A DNA stretch of 64,000 bases from Adineta vaga. Its lineage: Eukaryota > Animalia > Rotifera. The translations under genes and the position numbers were made by a program. The DNA is taken from contig CP075495.1 in NCBI GenBank assembly GCA_021613535.1, forward strand, positions 11,098,001-11,162,000, written 5' to 3'. Under the pieces are notes generated by a model. The model saw only the letters and a list, made by a program, of their open reading frames with translations. It was not told the origin of the DNA and made no database searches. Positions 53,801 to 64,000 of the stretch are shown here, piece by piece; position 1 is the stretch's first letter; every line of letters starts with the position of its first letter.

Positions 53801-56703
53801 ACACATACAGAGACATATATATATATATATATATATATAAGATCTTCGTTGTTGTTGGTTTGTTGAATGATCACACTAGTCGGAGGTAGTAATGATAATG
53901 TAGCTCGTCTTTCTTTCTTAGTCGTTTTCTTCTTTTCTTTCTTTTCTTTTATCCGTACTTCGACAGGAATGCACAAGCCTCATACGATATATAGACGAAC
54001 ATCTATATTTGAAATTGCTGACTCGTTCATATACAACTCTAGAACTCTACTTATGCTTGTGCTGTTGACATAACTACTCTCTTTCTCTCATTCCGACAAC
54101 GATAATCTTTCTCTTCTTCTTCTTCTTCTTTCTCTGCTTTTCCTTTACTATGTTTCTATTCTCAACTAAGCACCTATTCTTTTCTTAAAGATTATATAGT
54201 AGAGTCTTATCGAATGTCATGCATTCCGTCATAGAACAATGTTCATAAATTTCAGTTAAGAAAGAAAAGAAAACTAGTCTAAACGAGCAAATAATGAGAA
54301 AAAAAATGTCAAGTAAGGAACTTCATTTCTCCACTGTTTATATTCGTTTCTTTCTTATACACAATGAACTCGTCATTACATTGGATCTGCTCATGGGAAA
54401 ACAACAATAAACATAATAGAAGATGTTCGTTAGACAAAATTGAATAAATTTCTAGAGCTTAATTTCCTTCTCGTGTGGAGATTTCATAGCAAGTTCATCT
54501 GTTTAACGAAGAACAATAGATAAGATCTATTCTATTCATGTACGATCGTATGCGTTTAAAATGTGATTGATTGAACAAACGTTATCTTTGATAGATCGAT
54601 AACGAATACGAAAGACAAATATAGAAGATACATTCAAGTCTTTTCTTTTCTACGTTTACTAGTATTTCAATTAGAAAATGTCCTTACTAGATCAAGTTTA
54701 TTCTCCCAGAAAATTGTCTGTTCTCCCATGAGAGATGATGTGTTAACTTCAAAAGCATTTATCTTTTGTTTTTTTAACATTATATCAATTCAAAAACAGC
54801 ATATTTAGTCAATTAGATGAAATTGACGTCAGAATATTGTTGTATGCATATGTAATTTCTTTCGTTTTGACATCCTAAGCAAACTATAAGAAGAAGATTT
54901 CTATCATTGTGAAATATTCATTATTAGCACGTCTTTCATTTTTTTCCTTCCTCATTTCTTCTTTCATTGAATAGCACATCCTGCTAGTAGAACATGTTAA
55001 ATATAAAAGAGAAAGTGGAATTAGCCAAGAAACAAAACCTATCCTACTTAGATAGTATTTATAGACAACTAGAAAAGAATAACGTCAGCAAGAAGCAAAA
55101 TAATTACAGAATATGAAAGAAGAAACTAGAGAGAAAACAACTACGACTCTGAATAGTTTGTTTAGAATGAAACCATAGATCTTGTTTTTTGAGCTTAATT
55201 AATAACAAAAAAACTTTCCTGTACAATGTCAAAAATAAAAATTCCAAATGAAAAGGAAAAAACGACTTCTTTGAGAAATCTATATGAAATACGATTATAA
55301 ACAGATCATTATATCTGTCATTTATTTATATCCGAAGAAAAAGAAACAAATTTATTTCTATATTATATTTAACTTTTCTTTCAAATCTGATCAAATATCA
55401 AGCAAATTTTAATGATTTCTTTCAAATTTTCAGAAAGTTACACTTCCGATATAAACATCGTGAAAGGCTATTCAAAAGAAAAATCATTTTCCGTACAAAA
55501 GATGATGCTTTGTTTTACTCTCTATACCCTACTCGAAGAAAGATTCATTCAATAAACTAATTATTAATGAATTATAAATCCCTTTCATTATGAAACACTA
55601 TACGTGAAAATGAAAATGTCATGTTAAATATACTGTCATATTCAAGAAAATAACTAAGGTCGATGTGTTCGTAATAGAAAAATTTTATTATTTTTCTTTT
55701 AAATTTTGAAAAAGACTTTCTTATTAGAAATGTAAAAGAGAAAGGAAACGATGAAATTATTATCTTTTATTTCGCTGCTTCTTATCTCATTGACTTCCGT
55801 TACATTTCTTGTGATTATCAATTTGTGTGATATATATTTCCATGCTTAATTTAGTGTTACAAATAGAAGACAGGAATGAGATCTAACGAACGATAATTAT
55901 TATCTTTATAATTATAATTAATTAAAAATAATAAACTTTTCCTTCGTTTATTCATTGTATTTTCTATGAAAACTAAAATGAAAACACCGAAAGAAAAGTA
56001 GTATATCTCGCTTTTCTTTTTATCGCGATCATTACATGAATTATATGTGATCATTGTCTAATTTGTATACTTTAATTATTTATCGATATAGAATTAATTA
56101 TGAATTATCTAGATATATATATATAAAAGATTTCTATCAATATGATGTTCTGATTCAAAAATAGAAGAAAAGGTCAAAGACCTTTTCCTAATGTATATGT
56201 AAGTACAAAAGGAAATTCTTTTACCGTGTGTGTCGACAATGATGATGATGTGTTCGAAGACCGTTTACTGTTAGATAAGTCATTGTTGGATGAAGAAATG
56301 CACTTGGATGAATTGTTGAGGAAGGCAATGTTGTCGTACTTGTCGATGTTGATACATGTTGACTGACAGTCGTTCGACTAAATTTAGCAAGAGATGGTGA
56401 ACAAGAACCAAGATATGATCGATTGAGTACATCAGCGGGTGGACGAGGTTCTTGTTTTGGTAAACATAGATCACGAACGGCAGAACGAGGTGATGTTGGA
56501 GGAACAGGCAACCAAGCTGCTGGAACAATAGGAAGTATAAAACGTCGATTTGATTTTGATACTAATCGATGTGGTGATAATAATCCAGGATTGTGAGATA
56601 ATGGTGATGAGACGTCACTCCATCGTGTATTACTACTAACTGATGTACATGTTGAAGAAAAACTTGCACGGGTTGGATCGTGTCGACGACGAGCGCCAAT
56701 CAT
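38814..56703 (-). CDS. PDE4: cAMP-specific phosphodiesterase PDE4/dunce locus with many alternative first exons
   Basis: UCR1 (FDVDG...RRESFLY at 44083-43844; [10 protein letters not shown] from 41223), UCR2 ([32 protein letters not shown]) and catalytic motifs [53 protein letters not shown]. Confidence 0.96.
41465..41613 (-). CDS. PDE4 alternative first exon (joins mid-UCR1 at 41223)
   Basis: ATG-initiated, 149 nt, ends TG|gtaggt. Phase 2 matches the acceptor ag|G-CAC. Confidence 0.65.
42799..42926 (-). CDS. PDE4 alternative first exon (joins mid-UCR1)
   Basis: MRARSNTTL...SWLK, 128 nt, AG|gtatta, phase 2. Confidence 0.6.
43332..43360. repeat. (TATC)n microsatellite; a (TCAC)n-like tract follows at 43537-43590
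   Basis: About 7 tandem TATC units read directly from the sequence. Confidence 0.9.
43447..43511 (-). CDS. PDE4 alternative first exon (joins mid-UCR1)
   Basis: [21 protein letters not shown], 65 nt, AA|gtaagg, phase 2. Confidence 0.65.
45839..46281 (-). CDS. PDE4 long-form alternative first exon (Ser/Thr-rich)
   Basis: 443 nt ORF ending AG|gtcggt. Phase 2 gives S-FDVDG at 44083. Confidence 0.7.
48429..49678 (-). CDS. PDE4 long-form two-exon N-terminus (49678-49580 hydrophobic; 49078-48429 Ser/Thr/Pro-rich)
   Basis: A 99-nt exon ends ATA|gtaaga (phase 0). A pyrimidine tract plus catag precedes 49078. A 650-nt open exon then ends AG|gtaaag (phase 2). Confidence 0.65.
51648..51841 (-). CDS. 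PDE4 long-form alternative first exon with RRHSW PKA motif
   Basis: 194 nt, [15 protein letters not shown], ends AG|gtgaga, phase 2. Confidence 0.75.
53699..53754 (-). CDS. PDE4 long-form alternative first exon (short, basic)
   Basis: [18 protein letters not shown], 56 nt, GC-rich relative to flanks, AG|gtattt, phase 2. Confidence 0.55.
56225..56703 (-). CDS. PDE4 most distal alternative first exon
   Basis: 479 nt Ser/Pro-rich ORF ending CG|gtaaaa, phase 2. Confidence 0.7.
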
Positions 56704-59700
56704 AATGAAATTCGTTTCAAATTAATAAAGATGTGTTTATAAAAAAGCCAGAACTGTTTCCGAACTGAATCATTGAATTATATCATTATATGCACAATAA
56801 GATTATCTTTGATTATTTCCAAAACAAAACATAACATATTTTCAAGATGAAAATAATATAATTCTATGACTCAGCTGATGTTCTCGCATCATTGTCAATC
56901 TAGTAAAAAACATATATGTGCGTGTTTTAAAGAATTGAAAAGACTAATGCATCATCAAAGACTTACTTTTTTTCTAGTTTTTCTTCTTTTTCTTCTTCTT
57001 CTTCTTCTTCTTCTTTTCCTTGATCTTGATTTTACGACGATAATTCTGTTTCGTTACTTGTTACCACTCACCCGGTTACTCTCTTAACGTTCATAAAGAA
57101 ACAGATAGCGTCAAAGAAAAAGATATAGAGACTACTAATAATAAAAGAGAAGCGAGCAATAGAATTGTAACTTATGTTCTTCTTCACTTTACTAGCTGTT
57201 CTTTTACTATTGTAGCAATCACGGATTTCCTCTATATTTTACGGTACTTGCATCAAACTGAGAAATTGTATATATATACCAAAGATTTTTACCTTCTCAT
57301 TTTTTCTTCGTTTGTTATTCCAGTACGAATAAAATAACAGTATGCATTGAACTCTAGCTAAAATGTTTCTCTTCTGGGAATTGCACCTTGATTCGTTGTT
57401 ATTTGAAAGTCTAGATATAATTATATTTATTATGGAAGTGGAAGAAAAAGATCACTGACTAGCGCACATGGGTTCATCTACGAACATAATAAAAGCTCAA
57501 CGACAATTGATCTATGTGACGTGTATTCAGACAAAGAAGCTTTAGAAAAAAATCAAACAAAGAGAGAGGGAGAGAGAAAGTAGGAATGGAAAAAATACTC
57601 TATTACGATGCTTTCTATAGATAATGTGCGTTCCATTAACTATTAGTTATATTAAAATGACGATAGTAACGACTTAGATCATCCAAGTTAATACGAAAAT
57701 ATTAACCATTAACATCTTGAAAGTAAAAATATTAATTCAGTCGGACAAGAAAAACGATTAGACTATTTTCTTTTAATCTCATCACATTAGCTAAAAGGTT
57801 CTTTTAATGACACAACGATCGATGTTTTTGTGCAAATTGCTACAAAAAAGTTAACAATGCAATTTTCGAATTTATCAGATACAAGATTGGTCATGTAAAA
57901 TTTGATCAGCTGCTTTCGATTTGATAAAGATTTGGTATCATTTCGTGAGAATTAATTGAGAATGAAGGGTGATGATTGCAAAATACATTCATTATATAAA
58001 AATCGAAGGACATTGAAAAACTATATGTATCTACTATAAAATGATCGATCAGTTTCATCAAGTAATCATGCGATAATCTTAGCTTTTATATATTTTAGGT
58101 GCTATTTTACCAAACTCAGATCATTCTCATACCGAAAACGATGATTCATCCATTAATACAAGGAATAAAACTTGGAACAAATAGATAATTATCATTAGAT
58201 GTTTAAACGAGCTATAGACGAATGGAATCACTCAAGAATATTCTAATGACGTTTTTATTAGAAAAATCTAGGTTTTCTGAATTAGTGATTCGAACCAATA
58301 CTCTCGTTATTATTAAGGATTATTACATGGTGTTATTTATAAGTTTTCACGCTACTTGACAAAGCTATTTATTCGATTTAGTCGACAGGGAATCTATATT
58401 TTCAATGAAGAAAACAATATATACCTAAAGTAGATGATATGTTGACGAATTCGATCATTATTCATATCTTTGTCTTCGATTAAACTGGTGGATTTTTTCA
58501 AAACATATCATAGAATTTCAAAGTTGAATGAGATATTTCTGTTCATTACTTGAATTCTTTCACAACTCATTTAACTACATTTTTTTTGATTAATACAAAC
58601 AATAATTCATATGTATTATCTCTCAAGATAATCTATTTAAATATCATTTCGTGATTTTCATATTTCTGATGGATTTCATATGTTTATTTGATAAGAATTT
58701 AGATCTAATTCAAATGTATTCGCCAAAATATTTTTTAGAAATCACTTTAGATTGATCGCTAAATGGATCATAACATAAAAGGTCAAAAAAAAACACAATC
58801 AATATCTCGTCTAAAAACGCTACTTTTACATTAGTTTTGATCCCAATAATACGAAATGTGACACACAAAAAGTTGTATTTTTTTATTTATATGTCGAAAG
58901 ATGTTTTACATGAGTTTAATTTCATGGTTCAGTCTATAATCTGCTTTTTAACAAGATGACAAATAACATAAGCGTGAATGAATACAATAATACTATCATA
59001 GTTCATTTGATGTTCCTGTCAAAGTTCGACTATGATCAGAAAACCAATCGATACAGAGCCTATTTGCTCCAACAGTACAATGTTTAACAACTAGAATATT
59101 CATCTTTATTGTATACAATATAACCAATAAAGATCTTTCTGTTAAATCATTTGCTATTTCTATTTTCATTAAATATAAAAGTTGTTCTTTAAAATCGACC
59201 TCTACTTCTTTTTTTTCCATGACACATTCAATAGTTGATTGCACAGATCTAAGCCGATGTGTTGAAATATTCAGTGATCATCGAAATACCGACAACGAAA
59301 TTCATCGGTCCGATTTTCTCAATTTATTACACAAAAACGATACTCGAAAAACAGAGTGACCGTGAATAAACATTACGAATTATTAATACTATCGATGAAA
59401 GTATATTTCAATGCTCTATTGAACAACTGTGATTACAAATACAAGTTGACGTTCGACTTGTTAATATTCAAATTTTTCTTCTCGTAACAATGAATTCGTT
59501 CATCATTTACATATATCGAACACTTGTTTACATCTGTTCCAAATTTGCCTTGATAAAATATGACATAAGATATATTTTTAATAATAAGGTCATCTGATGT
59601 TCATTATTCAATTTAATCATCGAGACTATGACAGAAATAAAATCGAAGGCTGCCTGATTTATTTGTACGCTATACATTTCGATTATGTATTCAATGATGT

Positions 59701-59955
59701 TATGTCTAATGAAATATCTCAAAGTAAGTAACGAAGAACAACAAAATCTCATCGATAATTAATTTACATATCTGAAACAAATATGTCTTTTTACTGAAAA
59801 ATAATTGTATAAAATACAAAAGCATGTTTGCTATTTGAATGATTTGAAATAACTGAACAATTCTCTCGCTATTTCATAGAAATTTATTCTTGGAACAAGA
59901 GAAACATATTATTTAGAAGAAGTCATGACAGTCTTATATCTATCTATCTAGGTAA

Positions 59956-60270
59956 CTATCCACGAAGAGGACAACATACAGCATAAGCATCATTCGCCGC
60001 AATGGAGCAATAATGTGTAGATGGACATTCACGACGATTAGGACCACGACCGCAGAAGTAATCTTCCAATGGCGCTTGTCCGTCTCTGCAAGTTCTTGTT
60101 GATACTTGTGATGGTTTTTTGCATTGACATGTTTTACAACCTGTTTCATCTACTTCATATCCATACTTGCAATATATCATACATACAGGATTACAGTCTT
60201 TTTGTGCAGCCATTTTTGAGATCAATACCAATGCACATAGGAAAACAAATGAAATCATCGAGCGATTCAT
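59956..60270 (-). CDS. Small secreted Cys-rich protein: antistasin-like domain plus a lustrin/WR1-like Cys module
   Basis: Signal peptide, then C-x3-C-x3-C-KYGY-x2-DETGC-x2-C-x-C, followed by C...CGRG...ECPSTHYC...AVCCP. Intronless, 104 aa. Confidence 0.85.
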   Translation of the reverse strand: MNRSMISFVFLCALVLISKMAAQKDCNPVCMIYCKYGYEVDETGCKTCQCKKPSQVSTRTCRDGQAPLEDYFCGRGPNRRECPSTHYCSIAANDAYAVCCPLRG

Positions 60271-62180
60271 CTTTTTATTTAATATGATTTCTTTTTACAA
60301 AAATCATCGAATATTTATACATTGACTTGGATAAAACGATTTTTCAAGTCGGTTGCTTAACTTTCTCTTTTCTCTCTTTCGTATATGTATGAAGATAAAT
60401 AAAATTAATCTCCATAGTTTAATGTGTACATCTAATCGACGTAAAAGAATAAATTAACATAAATACATGAATTTACCTTGACGAAAATTTCTTTTTTCAA
60501 GATCAAGTAGTATGAGAAACAAAAGCATATGCTAATGTCCGTCATATGATATGAATAAGACGTATTGTACAGATTTTCATATCATTTAACTCTAATGGAA
60601 ACCATAGATATTCAACAAAAACCATGCTATTTTTATTGAAAATAAAGAATGCATCAGTACAATATCGATATAAACAATAATACTTTCAGAGAACTGTAAC
60701 GATTTCAGTTATTTCAGGTGTTATTTTTCATACTACGTAATAGTTTATCATTGAAGTTTGCATGAGAGAATAATATGCTGTACTTGAAAAATATCTATAT
60801 CAAACAAATCAATAGAAAGAAAGAAATTTCATTGCGTACTTTTTATGAAATATGACTCGAAGAATAGCATAGCTCAGAAAACAATACAAAACTGATATGT
60901 TTGTCAAGTTTTACTAATTAAAAACTCATAGATGCATATTTTAATGTCAAACGGAAATAATCAATATTCATTCTCATCAATTGCTACTTATTTCTCATTT
61001 TGAACGAGCTAAATTTTCAAAAAAAAGAAAGAAAGATGAAAAATACAGGATATTAATTTTAACAATGTATTTCTCTTTCAATGTTATATTCATATGATAA
61101 GAGGATCTCATATAATCATGAAATGTCAACAAACAATAGAACATGAAAGTTCTGTTGATAGACATCTCAATATATATATATATATATCAATCAAAAAGTA
61201 ATTTTTCAACATATAGAAACACATTCCAATGTCATGACTTCCTTGGAAAATGAATTCAACCAAATTTTCATATTTCAGTATAAAAATTTTACACATCAAC
61301 TATACTTTCTTGTTTTGTCATTTTCATACAAAATATAGACGACATTATAATAACGGATTATTTCTAACCACTAAATCTCTAATCCCTAAGTAAGTATTAC
61401 ACCTTCAAACGAAAGAAAAACAAAGTTGTGTGAAATATGATAATGTATCGTAAACCGATCAATAAAAAAAATGTATCTTTCTTTCGAGGTCATATACATA
61501 TCTAACTATATCGTCTCAAAGACAACACAAAATGATACTTTATTCTTTCTTATCCAACTAATCATAGAATAAATAGCTTGTGTGTCTATCTAATATCTGT
61601 CAATTTTCCAGAAAAAAAAACATACATGTACCAGAAACCTCTTTTAAAATAGAAAAAATTGTACATTTTTTTTTCAAGTTTATTGCTTAACCAATCCAAT
61701 GCATCGTTCTACTTCTCCATTACCATGAATAATAATATGAACGAAGAAAAAAAATAGTGTCATGAATAAAGGCAATTGAAAAAAGAAAGAAGAAAAAAAG
61801 AAGAACCACATCTAATATAAACTCTGTACATTTAGGAAAAATACTGCTCAATAAAATGAGAAGAAGATAAGAAAAGAAAACGGACAAAGACAGACGACAA
61901 AAAAAAAGAAAAAGAAACAACCGGTGGTTAGTAATAGGATTACAAAATCTTTCGTTTTGTTTGGTTCCCTTGGCGAATTACATTCGTTTGTACATCCAAC
62001 GACCAATTCTGTTCGTTAAGAACAAAATATACGAAACAGACAACAACGACGACGACAAGAATAAAAAAACCAAACAGACCAGAAATACACACACACAACA
62101 TTTAATTTTTATTTATTTTTGTCTTTTTTTATTATTATTAATCTTAATATTAAAATTCAACTTTTCGGTACTTGTTTCTT

Positions 62181-63248
62181 TCAAACTTTCTTGGGCCCAT
62201 ATTCAATAGCGGCATCATCCCATTCTAATTGATGATCGATTTTTCTTGGATCTTTTGAATGAGGCTGATAATCTTCTTCATCATCTTCTGATGAATATTC
62301 ATTACGATTTTGACCATCATTTTGATATTCATCATCATCATCATCCGAACTTGAAGCTGGATACGTATTTCTTGTTTGTTCAATATTATGAATATTCACT
62401 TGTGGAACGGATTTCTATGATAAACAAAACAAAATCAAAATTGAATAGAATTATTAAGAAAATCAATTCACTTTTGTTTCATCTAATGGATTAACAGTTA
62501 TATTAAGTCCAATATCATCTTCCCATTCCATTTGTGAATGCATATCATCGGTTGTATTTGTTGATGGATGATGTTGTCGGTTATTTGAACGCATACGAAC
62601 AACAAGATAAAGAACAAGTACACCAACAAGACCGATTGATCCACAAATAACAACAGCAATAGGCAAGTCTAAAATGAATTCAAATTATTAATTAATCTTG
62701 TTATTTATCTTATCTTGAACTTTTTCTATTAACTTAAGCTCATCTGTCTTCTCATGATAATTGTCTTCTTTTTGATGGCTTGTGTAATCGATTTGTATTA
62801 TTTTCTTTCTTATCACTTGTTGTTCTTACTAGTCAGTTAACGTAACTTTTGCTTCTGTTTATTATAAAGAATATATGTAAATTGAGCAATTATATAGTAA
62901 ATAATGAGAAAAACACGGAGAAAAAAAGAAGACAAGATTGTAAACTCACTGTGAAGTAAAAGTTCATCACCTGGTGATGCTCTTTGCATCCTATATGATG
63001 ACAATAATGACAAGAATGCTAATTGATTATACATGTACGATGGGGAAATAGTTCAACGATTCTTTCTGATATATATCACAGCATATATGCAACAAATTGA
63101 CCATCAAGGATAGTTTACTGTGATGTGTAAAACATCTGTCATTTTACTTTTACTCAAGGTCAACAATGCCATTGACCGATTGATTTCTTTAACAGTAGAG
63201 AAAAAAAAAAGTTCATGTGAACTTACTTAGTGCTGGTGGAAGAAACAT
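62181..63248 (-). CDS. Calsyntenin (alcadein)-like TM plus cytoplasmic tail; only short first exons are visible upstream
   Basis: TM exon 62668-62472 with MEWEDDIGLNITVNPLD. Last exon 62414-62181 has an acidic tract and QLEWDDAAI. Candidate first exon 63248-63227 (MFLPPAL, A|gtaagt, phase 1). Confidence 0.8.
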
Positions 63249-64000
63249 GGTAATAAAGTTTCGTTGTCAATAAAACAAGATAAAAAAAGAAAGAAGTCGT
63301 TTGGACGAAAGTTGTTGTGTTAGCTATCACTCTCTAAGTCGTTGTCGTCGATAATGATAATGACAGCGGTTGAAAGTCTGTTTGACGTTGTAGGACAGGG
63401 AGAGAGAGAGAGAGAACAGAGATTCTTGACGACAGCGAAGAGAAAAAGAAGAGAAAAAAAATGCCGGCCAGCGATGAGATGTACGAGAGCGCGAACACAC
63501 ATATACGCCCAGTCAGACAGCAGATAATTTTACAATAGAGTTACACTCATTTTTCTCCTTTTTTCCTTCTTCTACGCATTAACTCGAGAGATGATTAGAA
63601 GCAGAAACGAATAGAGAAAAAACGGCGCAGCAGGGAAAGAAACTTTTTTCCTTCTGCTGCTATTTTTTTCCTTCTCTGTACGATGATAAAAAGAAGAACA
63701 ATCTAAATGATTCATCCAATAATCTCGTTCTTGATTCAATGTCTAGTCTAGATTTGCCTGTTTCGATTAATAATATATGTGAGCAGTCACATCTGTTTGT
63801 GTTCAATCACTCTCTTGGATCTTTTTGTAAATAGAAAATCATCAGTTTATATTGAACAATGACAACGATATAAGACAACAACAAAAAATCCTATTAACAT
63901 TACTACAAAAAAAGACAACAACAGAAGACTTTTATGTCTTTTTCTCCTTTCCGTTTTGCTTATTCATTGACGTTTCTCATTTGCTTGTTTTACTAGAAGA

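Overview
This is AT-rich eukaryotic (metazoan) genomic DNA with many short GT-AG introns of about 45-65 nt. The intron style, an intronless orphan rhodopsin-type GPCR and bacterial-looking genes that carry introns suggest a bdelloid rotifer (inference). I reconstructed exons by hand for about 15 protein-coding genes, all on the minus strand except two GPCRs. They are Unc13-4/BAIAP3-like (partial), TRIT1, CDK8, a peptide GPCR, a bacterial-type papain protease, HYOU1, a kisspeptin-type receptor, THOC6, a membrane-anchored alpha/beta hydrolase, SAC1, an orphan GPCR, a Tks/SH3PXD2-like PX-3xSH3 protein, an 18-kb PDE4/dunce locus, a secreted antistasin-type peptide and a calsyntenin TM/tail unit. 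A 335-bp MITE and nearby degenerate repeats lie at 21.8-23.1 kb. Most notable: (1) two tightly packed same-strand gene trains with splice acceptors directly at the ATG, which are candidate SL-trans-spliced operons, one containing a likely foreign gene; (2) a PDE4 locus with at least 8 phase-matched alternative N-termini, including a two-exon transmembrane-anchored form; (3) a calsyntenin unit that appears to lack its ectodomain; (4) recurrent +1 frame breaks at CC/GG dinucleotides. No rRNA, tRNA or CRISPR array was seen.
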